From NCBI GenBank assembly GCA_946965045.2, contig OX337228.1, forward strand, positions 6,014,001-6,078,000: a stretch of DNA of 64,000 nt, written 5' to 3'. The notes beneath the pieces were generated by a model, which saw only the letters and a program-made list of their open reading frames with translations, was not told the origin of the DNA and made no database searches. Both the position numbers and the translations under genes were made by a program. This document shows, one piece after another, positions 12,473-21,277 of this stretch; positions within the stretch are counted from its first letter, which is position 1; the number at the start of each line of letters is the position of its first letter. The DNA is from Epithemia pelagica. Lineage: Eukaryota; Protista; Bacillariophyta.

Positions 12473-13180
12473 ATGGCGGCGTACCCTTCAAACGAAGATC
12501 TCGAGGATGACCCGAGGCCTCCGAAAGAAACAAGGGATTTTGTTTATAAAGTCATAGACAGCTGTATTCGAGTTACTCTGGCTAGTTTTGGTGGAGCTCT
12601 GGCAGGATATGGCGTTGGAGCTCGCAGAGAAGAAATGAGGGTACAGGGATTCACAAACGCCCAGACAAAACTAGCACTTCCAGACCGAAGTCTTTCACCA
12701 AGTACAAGGATGGAGCTGTCCACCAAAACTCATGCACGTCAGGCACCGCCCATGAAACCGCAAGATCTCCCATCACCGAAAAAGATATTGGCACGGAGTT
12801 GGGGGATGTCGTGTTTCTTGTTCGCCTTTCTTCTGGAAACCTCGCGCATTGCCTCTCCAACAACTGTTTTATTCAAGGAAATGGATATGTTGACATTAAG
12901 GGGAGAAGACGATGTAGAGAGGCTGATGTTGAGGAAAGGACTCGCAGCAGTAGGAGATTACGCTTTGGGTGGAACTTTGGCAGGAATTTCCGGAGCAAGA
13001 GCTTGGACTACAGGTTATGCTAGGGTCCTACCATCCCTTCTTCGGGGAGCATTTTACGGAACGTTGTTGGGTATCGCAGGTGGTCTGGTTCAAGCAGGCA
13101 TTGATGTAATTGAAGTAATGGAGGAGCACCAACCTGAATCTCCAGAGTCGAAAGAGCCACCAGGCTACATGATGACATAG
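12473..13180 (+). CDS. Putative Tim17/Tim22/Tim23/PMP24-like membrane protein
   Basis: Gly-rich transmembrane segments (FGGALAGYGVG; ALGGTLAGISG; GAFYGTLLGIAGGLVQAG) with Tim17-like spacing. Overall similarity is weak. Confidence 0.5.
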   Translation: MAAYPSNEDLEDDPRPPKETRDFVYKVIDSCIRVTLASFGGALAGYGVGARREEMRVQGFTNAQTKLALPDRSLSPSTRMELSTKTHARQAPPMKPQDLPSPKKILARSWGMSCFLFAFLLETSRIASPTTVLFKEMDMLTLRGEDDVERLMLRKGLAAVGDYALGGTLAGISGARAWTTGYARVLPSLLRGAFYGTLLGIAGGLVQAGIDVIEVMEEHQPESPESKEPPGYMMT

Positions 13181-13446
13181 ATGACTTTGTGGAATAAAAG
13201 CATTTGTTGGAAATACAGTTACCATCCAACTTAATGCTTTCCGCGATCTTCTCATTGTTGTCTCCGATCCCGACTATGACACTATACCTGGAAGTGACTA
13301 CCTATGCTAAGTTGCCTAGGAGTACCTACTCCTAATCTACCTAGAGAATGTACTCCTCTGTAGTTGATCTACCTAGTGAGGTCTGAACAAAATTCCTTGG
13401 AGGTTTTGTCAATCAGCCCTCTTGGTTGGACAAGGAACAAGGAACA

Positions 13447-14807
13447 TGAACGACGACAAAGACACTACTGCAAGACCCGGTCAACAAGCTCACTCCAAGG
13501 CACTGACTTCACAAGGACCGCCCATTGATGTGAAGGACCTTGGTCGGAAGGCAAGGGCTCGACTTGCTCATGAACGTAGCAAACGTGCCGAAATTGTCCG
13601 TATTTCCCCTGACGAAGCGACACTGCTGGAGAAGCAACAGCAACAAGATAAGCAGCAAACAACAATCAAATCGGGTAGCAACAAACGATCAATACGGGAT
13701 AATTCTCTTAACGAAAAGAAATCGTCGAGAAAGCGCGGCCGTGGACAAACGAAAGGATCGTACACCTTTCCCGAGAATGCAGATATGTGGATGCCCGATA
13801 TATCTCATCTTCCGAGGTATTCGAGTAAAGAAAAACGTTCAAGCTTAGTGCGACTTCATGGTCTACCGTGTGGAACAAATGCGTTACAGATCAAAAAGTT
13901 TTTCTCCGGTCTTGAGATCCAATCGATCGCAGTGCTACTTTCCTGTGATGCAACTATTGCTGAGTGGGATGCAATTGAGGAAGTGAACAAGGATACATCA
14001 AGGTCCAAACTTTGCCATCAACGACTTTCTCCACTGGTGAAGAGACATTCTCCTCGATTCCGTGTGGTGGTCAAGTTTGACTCAGCGCCCACAGCCGAGT
14101 TGGCAGTCGATAGATCGGGGGAAACAATCAATGTTGTAAAGGAGCAAAACACGGTCACTGGTGGGAACCCTTCTCAAGTTTCTATTGTCCGTGCTTCCGT
14201 TGGAGTCTCGCTTGTTCTCAAGCCGGATGACACGTTGATTCTGCAATCCCTTGCCATTGATGCCATATCCTCTGACGCGACCCCTCGTGCGATTTACGAA
14301 ATAGGCACAAGCGTGGAGAAGAATTTACTGCCCGATGTAGACCGTATTCTATGGATGGATGCTCAGTTTCAGCTGAAATTGACTTTTAAAACGCCACATC
14401 AATGGAGAAGGAACTTCAAAGAAACTCATAACTCCATCGAAGACGATCGCCAAAATCAAAAGTACTTGGAGGCACCAGAGGCCTTGAACAGTATATTGAA
14501 CCCACCATCACATGAAACTGTTGAAGCATTGACTCGACAAAGAGAAATTTTGTTCGAGGCTCGTAGGCAGATGCTTGAAGCATCTCCGTTTCCTTCGACC
14601 GAGTTGCTTGATCCAGTACTGGGTGAAGACGACCCTGCTCTTCGATTAGCCTGTCAAGCGTGTCGTGTCCTTCGCAAGCGGTCACGGCTTATCGACGAAA
14701 AACTGTTAGAGATCCACAGAAGGCCACTCCTGATGAAGAAGTTCAGCTGTAAGCCACCGACACCCATCGAAAGGGAACCGTTTGGTTCGACTACATATGA
14801 TAACTGA
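13447..14807 (+). CDS. RNA-binding protein with a quasi-RRM (hnRNP F/H, ESRP-like) domain
   Basis: SLVRLHGLPCGTNALQIKKFFSGLEI...VVVKFDSAPTAELAVDRSG matches the qRRM pattern VRLRGLP..F.GL.I...V.F.S. The N-terminus is basic. The ORF is 461 aa from the TTG; the first ATG is at 13447. Confidence 0.65.
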
Positions 14808-14886
14808 TACACTATAGATAGGTCTATAAAACGTATACCCTGAGAGTACATGGCAATTCAGGTGGATGCGACATGGTTTCAAAGTT

Positions 14887-16176
14887 CTACCAGTCCGCTC
14901 TGCCGTATTCACCCATATTAGGAAGCTTGACGACCTCTCCCTCCATAGGATCTTCAACATCTCTGTTCGCATGGGCTTGCGCAAGATGGACAAGTTGATA
15001 GCAGGCTGTTGAAATCTTCTTGAAGGCCCTTTCATCCACCATACGACCATCCCGATCAAAAACATGGAAACTGTTTCCGATCGAAGTGTTTCCTGGAACA
15101 ACAATGGCCCCCATATCTTGCATCATTTGCTGCAAGGATCGCAACATTCTCATTCCGCCCATGGCGCCTGGACTTGTTGACATGAGAGATACCACCTTGT
15201 TCTTGAATCCAGCGTACATGCGACCTTCTCCTCGAGTAGCCCATGTGATTGCATTCAGCAACAACGGTGAAAGCAACCCGTTGTATTCAGGAGAAGCAAT
15301 TAGAATCCCATCTGCCGCAATCAAGTCGTTCTTGAGATTATGTGCCGATGCCGGAAAATTTTCACTTTCCAAATCTGGATCGTAAAGTGGGAGATCCAGT
15401 AACTTGAGATCAATGTCTACGACAATCGCTCCCTCTTCTGTTAACCTTTCCATTGCAGCGTCTCGCAACATTTTGTTGAAAGAGCCCACACGTTGGCTAC
15501 CGCATATACAGGCAATGGTGGGCTGTCGAGAGGCATTCTGCGATATCTTCTGCTTCTTGCGCTTTCCTTGTCTCGCGCTTGTTGGTATTGACGCTGCTGG
15601 TTTCTTAATGGGCGCCTCCTGACCTGCAGCACGATGGACATCTGCCGAACCCGATTTCGCAGCCAACATTTCCCGCACTTCAATGGGGCAACTAGGACAT
15701 CCTTTCTTCCCCTGGTCTACTAAATGTTTGCACCAGAATGTCGTCTGAAGCTGCTTCGACGTCTTCGTCTTGCCGCAGTAATTGCATGTTTGCCTATTCG
15801 TGCCATCCGGATTCCCCGAAACAGAGATATGGCTCCATACAAGTTGACTCAACGATTTTCTGGATCGATCACTCTTCACGGATTCCGTGGATTGGTCCAA
15901 CGGTGGAAGCACTGGGTTCGAGGCCGAAGATTCGTTCAACACTCGGAGAAGAGGGTTTGTGGCCGAACCAGAGATTGTGTTTTCGAGCGACTCTGACGAA
16001 AGAGGGAGGCTATCGTTGGTTGTAAGCCGTCCGTTTGTAGCAACCGATTCCGAGACTCCTTTCGCAATTTGTTGCAAAATTCCATTATTACTGGTCATTT
16101 TTGCGAGGCACCGAAAGCTGTGGATATCAATATGGTTCTCAAGTCGATTATTCGGTATGGTGAATCCTTTGTCCAA
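14887..16176 (-). CDS. BED zinc finger - NADPH-dependent FMN reductase (flavodoxin-like, ChrR/YhdA type) fusion; likely start ATG 16098
   Basis: One uninterrupted ORF. BED-like part: VWSHI...CNYC...KHL..GC. Basic linker: RQGKRKKQK. Reductase part: GSQRVGSFN, DLPLYDPD, ADGILIASPEYNG, LLNAITWATR, STSPGAMGG. Confidence 0.88.
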   Translation of the reverse strand: MDKGFTIPNNRLENHIDIHSFRCLAKMTSNNGILQQIAKGVSESVATNGRLTTNDSLPLSSESLENTISGSATNPLLRVLNESSASNPVLPPLDQSTESVKSDRSRKSLSQLVWSHISVSGNPDGTNRQTCNYCGKTKTSKQLQTTFWCKHLVDQGKKGCPSCPIEVREMLAAKSGSADVHRAAGQEAPIKKPAASIPTSARQGKRKKQKISQNASRQPTIACICGSQRVGSFNKMLRDAAMERLTEEGAIVVDIDLKLLDLPLYDPDLESENFPASAHNLKNDLIAADGILIASPEYNGLLSPLLLNAITWATRGEGRMYAGFKNKVVSLMSTSPGAMGGMRMLRSLQQMMQDMGAIVVPGNTSIGNSFHVFDRDGRMVDERAFKKISTACYQLVHLAQAHANRDVEDPMEGEVVKLPNMGEYGRADW

Positions 16177-17128
16177 ACAGAGTTTATTGAAAGACGAAGA
16201 ATAGCATATTCATTTCCAATTGCATTTGCATAATATCTTCAATCTTCATTCGATCCGAAGCCTGGGTCCAACCGACCATCAACAACATGAGCGAGCAAGC
16301 CCGCGCTCGCCAGCTGCTTAATTGAGCGCGTGCCTCAATAAGTGCCCCATGCTATGCTGGCGTATGTACTAAGACAAGACTAAAAGATCTGGTCTTGATA
16401 ATGCATGCGACAAAGGCATATTCGAAAGCTACTCGATAATTATACTTGCGATAAATATTCGAATACGCGATGTCGGCAACGAGTATTAGTGCTCAATATC
16501 GATCCTCATCATGTACCGATGATCACCTACCCATGCTATGGCTCCAAGCTCCAAGGACATTGGGAATAGTCTACTCCTAGAGAAGAGAGCAATAGGAATT
16601 TAAGGACATGTTGATATTCTCCATACTAGCAAATCAAAGAGGAACAAAGTTGGCATAACACGACAATGATTGACTTATAGCATGTCCATTTACGGATACC
16701 TCGCCATTCGCCGCATTCTAGGGGACTTACCATTTACCATTATCGGTAATTCAAGAGGATTTGTTCTTGTCTTGGAAGAGACCAACGGAGACTTCGTCTT
16801 CTCCTGATGGGACTTCCGTAACATGTTTACACCTGGTAATTGATCGGAGTTCTCGGTCCAGAATCTTCATAGAGCTGGATTCAGAACTCGCTACTGACTT
16901 CGGAAGTCGACTTTAATAATGTTCAACGTGTTGTTCCTAATAATTTTAAGTTTAATCTTATCGTTGCTCGCACAAATCTTGTATCTTGTATTACACCACA
17001 CCTGGTCATAACCATCAGTGAGAATCCGTGATCGACATGCATAGGATGATGCTACGGTTCCACCGGAACGACTGGTGTGTACGGCTCGAGAGGATATTCA
17101 TAATGTCCCAATCCCATATGTAAACCAT

Positions 17129-17455
17129 CTATTTCCGAGCTGGTTGCCGAGCTCCAGCTTGTTTCGCGGCGAGGGCTTTTTTCTTCTGCTGTTCGGCGTA
17201 GTGTTGAGCCCGAGCAGCTTCGTAGGCAGCAGCAGCAAATCCTCCCACCAACGGACGGTGGTTGGGTCCACCAGCTCCGGTCCCGTTGTTGGAGGGAGCG
17301 GGAGCCTTAGGAGGAGGAGCCTGCTGCGGCGTTTCTTCTTCTGATTCGTAATCCGAGTCGTCGAAATCAACAAGACCAATTCCGCCGGCCATTGGTTGAC
17401 CACCGCCTTGTCCACCAGCTCCAGCAGTGAAGATAGAAGATCCACGACGTGACAT
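17129..17455 (-). CDS. Small (108 aa) hypothetical protein with an acidic patch and a RPLVGGFAAAAYEAAR helix
   Basis: ATG at 17455 in an acaaccATG context. Protein-like composition: GGIGLVDFDDSDYESEEE...HRPLVGGFAAAAYEAARAQHY followed by a basic tail. Confidence 0.75.
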   Translation of the reverse strand: MSRRGSSIFTAGAGGQGGGQPMAGGIGLVDFDDSDYESEEETPQQAPPPKAPAPSNNGTGAGGPNHRPLVGGFAAAAYEAARAQHYAEQQKKKALAAKQAGARQPARK

Positions 17456-17901
17456 GGTTGTGCTAAGAAATGAAGAAGCTGATTCGTTGGCGAGAAAAAC
17501 CTTGGGTTCACAACAAAAAGGGAACAACCTTTTTGCTTATTCGTCGAAGCGCGAAGATGGGATTACTATTACTTGTAGTATTCCCTTTGTTGGAGTTGAG
17601 GATGGGGAAGTTGTGGGATGAAGATGTGACTTCTGGTTGTTTGGTCCTCCTGGTCATGATAACAGTGAAGAAAAGTGTATTGAGTCATTCCTTCCCCATT
17701 AGCAGTCATTCCTTCTACACGCAAAATTCGTTGGGAGTTTGACTTTGACCGGTTTGTTCGCGCGACGCGGAGCGCGGACAGACGCCAGCAGCAGATTGTC
17801 TCGAAGTCGAATGCACGAATAGCGAATAGAGATTCAGGATTGAGGTAGCAAGGGTAACCTCTTAGGAGTAGGAGCGGCAGCTCCTCTAGAGGAAATCCGG
17901 G

Positions 17902-18858
17902 ATGACCAAAAATATGACAATGTTGTTTCAAGTATGGCGATTCATTGTTGCTCCTAGCTTCTTGTGCTCTCTGATATATGCGAGAATTCCAATTGGCGAG
18001 AGACACTCGTATTCCTTAACAACCTTTGATACAGACGGAAAATTGGGACAAGTGGATTGGGCATGTCAAGCTGCCGCAATGGGGGCTCCGCTAGTTGCAG
18101 TGGTGGTCGTCGACGACAAGGATGACAATGGTGCAGGAACGACTGGAAATCATATGAAAAGAGAGAATTGCGGCATTCTAATGGCATCGCTGCAAAGACT
18201 GCCCTCAATGCTGATGGAAGATGACGGAACCTCTCGGTTTGCTCGTATTTCGTCAGAAATTGTCGTAGCCCATTCAGGTTTGTCGGCTGACGGACGTGTT
18301 GTGGTAGCCGCTGCACAACGACTCGCAATCCAGCATGAGTATACCTTTGATGAGGAAATTCCTATTGGCGTTTTTCTACAGGAATTATCTCTTTTCTTTC
18401 AAGAACACACGATGAAACCAGCCACACGACCTTTTGGCGTCATTCTGATGATTGCATATGTTCCCAAGATCCGTCTTTCGACAGCCAACCAAAATCACAA
18501 AACACAGTTATTCCGCTTAGATCCCTCTGGTTCAATTTCCGGTCTGGGGTCAAGCGCAATCATCAACGGCAAAGACCTCAACAATCATGAACTGGAGCAA
18601 CTTTTTCAGCGAACCACAAAGGAATCAGAAAGCGACGAGGAAAAGTTTGTTGACGACTCAAATCAAGTTCCTAGTCACAAGAGAATTGCTTCGTTTCTTC
18701 GTCATGCCTTGCAACGGCAAACCCAGATGCAAGGACAGGAAAAGACTCTTGACAATGAGACTATCGTGTCTGCCGTCCTATCTCAGTCCGTGGGCTTTTC
18801 AGTTCGTCGGCATCCAATGGTATCTCATCCACAACATGCGGAAGATGCCATCAGATGA
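17902..18858 (+). CDS. Divergent 20S proteasome alpha subunit (alpha-2-like) with hydrophobic N-terminal extension
   Basis: ERHSYSLTTFDTDGKLGQVDWA resembles the alpha-2 N-terminus YSFSLTTFSPSGKL.QIEYA. Also HSGLSADGRVVV, RPFGVILMIAY, LFRLDPSGS. About 30 extra N-terminal residues. Confidence 0.85.
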   Translation: MTKNMTMLFQVWRFIVAPSFLCSLIYARIPIGERHSYSLTTFDTDGKLGQVDWACQAAAMGAPLVAVVVVDDKDDNGAGTTGNHMKRENCGILMASLQRLPSMLMEDDGTSRFARISSEIVVAHSGLSADGRVVVAAAQRLAIQHEYTFDEEIPIGVFLQELSLFFQEHTMKPATRPFGVILMIAYVPKIRLSTANQNHKTQLFRLDPSGSISGLGSSAIINGKDLNNHELEQLFQRTTKESESDEEKFVDDSNQVPSHKRIASFLRHALQRQTQMQGQEKTLDNETIVSAVLSQSVGFSVRRHPMVSHPQHAEDAIR

Positions 18859-18925
18859 TACCCTTTCCGGTCAAACTGAATGATGTCAAAAGGAAATTTA
18901 GCGTTCGATCAGCCACCAGCTGGTT

Positions 18926-19870
18926 TTACTTTCTCTTTTTGTTTTTCTTCTTTTCCTTGAGCTGTTGTTTCTTATGCCGTTGCTTATCGGCTTCATCTTG
19001 CTTTTGCAAAATTGATGTGGATGGTGACTTTCCACTTTCGGATGCAGTGAGGGCATTCGTCTTCCATGTTTCAACTGTCATCGCCTGTTTTTCCGTAAAA
19101 TGCAACATGGAGGTCGCTTCGTCTGACGTTGCCACGATTTCGCACAAGAATGCATGCACCATCGTAGCTAGTTCACTGCCACAACGTTTGAAATAGCCAG
19201 GTTTTGAACCCGATAATGGACCAGATTGCAAAGCATGCTGAAGTAGCTCAAACAAGGCCTGACCAACTTGTATCTTGTGCGAGAGGGACACCACAGGTTG
19301 TTGATTTTCTTCTTTGACATCTTTCTCGTAGTGACGAACAATGCTTTTCCATTCATCGACACAGTTTCGAACCGCATTCAAAACGTTGGCTTGAAATGAA
19401 TCCGTACTAAACAAGCCGTCTTTGCTGGAAGAAAAGGATTGGCGATTGTTCTGAATTCGTTTCAATAAATGTTGAACATTGGCTTGAACATTTGGATTTG
19501 ATGTTTCTTCTTGACATTGAATCAAAGGAGAAGAGATGGACACAATATCGTCTTCGGTGTCATCACTAATCCTTGATTCTTTGCTACTGTCAACTTCATC
19601 AACTTGACAACTTTGGACTGTGTCCTCATGGTCAATTAATATTTCTGGCTCAGGTCCTTCCACCTCAAGGCGTTGTTCAATGTGTGATTCCCCAGTACTG
19701 TTGTTGTCGGTGCTAGCGGCAGAGTTCAAAAGGGCGAAATCTTGAGTAGAAACAGGAGGAGAAGTTGTCTGGGTTCGCCGCCGTCTGGCGTTGTATTTCG
19801 GCAACCGTCGGTCGTTGGGACCTCCTCGGCCACGAAAGATTCGACGCTGCTGCGGGTGCTGAGAGCTCAT
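18926..19870 (-). CDS. Hypothetical protein (disordered N-terminal half, helical C-terminal half, lysine-rich tail)
   Basis: 314-aa open frame with a structured-looking segment LFELLQHALQSGPLSGSKPGYFKRCG. No recognised family. Confidence 0.7.
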   Translation of the reverse strand: MSSQHPQQRRIFRGRGGPNDRRLPKYNARRRRTQTTSPPVSTQDFALLNSAASTDNNSTGESHIEQRLEVEGPEPEILIDHEDTVQSCQVDEVDSSKESRISDDTEDDIVSISSPLIQCQEETSNPNVQANVQHLLKRIQNNRQSFSSSKDGLFSTDSFQANVLNAVRNCVDEWKSIVRHYEKDVKEENQQPVVSLSHKIQVGQALFELLQHALQSGPLSGSKPGYFKRCGSELATMVHAFLCEIVATSDEATSMLHFTEKQAMTVETWKTNALTASESGKSPSTSILQKQDEADKQRHKKQQLKEKKKNKKRK

Positions 19871-20123
19871 CTTATGCCATTCACATTGAAAATGTTCGTG
19901 TCGTGTCGTCGTTGCACTTCTCGATTACATACATGTGGAGTCGGCACGTCCCTTGTAGACAGTCAGTAGGTATCACGATGAACTAAGCAAAATCCAACTA
20001 AGCACCCAAGCGAGGATCCACCATAGCGAGCATGGGCTATCATATCCTGGACGTGTACGGCAGAAGAAAACATTCTCTGATCGATATTACTCTGATCGAT
20101 AAACTTTGAATGCAACCCCAGGG

Positions 20124-21130
20124 ATGGACAACTACAAAGTGATAAGAACATTAGGTCAAGGGACATGGGGTGTGGTGCGCATGGCGGAACAGATTGGCAC
20201 GGGAAGAATTGTAGCTATTAAAAAGATCAAATCGGAACGACCCGAAGAGGGAGTCAACTTCACAGCCGTACGAGAGATCAAGTTGTTGAGAGAGTTCAAG
20301 CATGAAAACATTATCGAATTAGTGGATTGTTTCACCACACCAGACCAAGCCATGTGTTTGGTATATGAATGTGCCTCGACCGACTTGGAAAAGATTCTTG
20401 GCAACAAGGCCATCCCCATATCCTTGGCTGATATTAAAAGCCACATGTCCGCTTTACTTTCGGCAATATCAGCGTGCCACGATCGCTGGATATTACATAG
20501 AGATCTTAAGCCAGACAATATGCTGTATTTGAAGGATGGGACGATGAAATTGGCAGATTTCGGATTGGCTCGTAAGTACGGAACTCCAAAGACTAGATTG
20601 TCGCCCGAGGCCATTACTTTATGGTGAGTTTCGTTAGTTGGATGTCCACACGCTTATACTTTTCTAAATCATTTTTTCTAACCATGTCTGAATGCCAATG
20701 GCACTCACGAAGGTACAAACCACCGGAACTGCTATTGGGAGCATCAGAGTATTCTTCAGCCGCCGATATGTGGAGTGTAGGATGTATATTTGCTGAGTTG
20801 TTGTTACGAAGACCGTTTTTGCAAGGAAAGAACAGTGACATATCACAACTAGATACAATCTTCACTGTCTTTGGAACCCCTAATGAAACCAACTGGCCAG
20901 ATCATCAAGCATTACCATTATGTGCGCGGGGCCTCGAATGGGATGAAACCACCGCCATTCCGTTCGATGAAATTTTTACAGCAGCTCCCAAAGATGCTAT
21001 ATCATTACTCCGATCCATATTGGTACTAGACCCCAACATGAGATTCAGCGCATCCCAGTCCTTGAGCCACCCATACTTGACAAACGATCCGCCACCAACG
21101 CCCAAGGAAAATCTCGTCTTGTCGGCCTGA
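20124..21130 (+). CDS. CDK7: CDK-activating kinase CDK7/CDKD; 2 exons (intron 20624-20712)
   Basis: LGQGTWGVV, VAIKKIK, EGVNFTAVREIKLL (NRTALRE/NFTALRE cyclin-binding signature), HRDLKPDN, LADFGLAR, TLW|YKPPELLLG, DMWSVGCIFAELL. Confidence 0.95.
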
Positions 21131-21277
21131 AAAGCAGGGTAATCTTTACAGAGCCGGTACGGTGTCGTGCTCTTCGCCGAAAGAATGCTGCAAGAGAGAG
21201 CCTGCTTTTCTTCACCGTGTCTTGTTTGGAGGCTTGGTTCTTGACTATGCACACGACGTAACTTATCAGTTGCCCTT

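Noticed and set aside
15680-15845. BED finger as evidence of an hAT transposon
   Set aside because: No DDE/RNase H catalytic core, no hAT dimerisation domain, and no terminal inverted repeats or 8-bp target duplication seen. It is treated as a domesticated domain.
17569-18006. 145-aa minus-strand ORF overlapping the start of the proteasome-like gene
   Set aside because: No recognisable motif, overlaps a supported gene antisense, and contains the intergenic TAGGAGTAG motif, suggesting non-coding promoter DNA.
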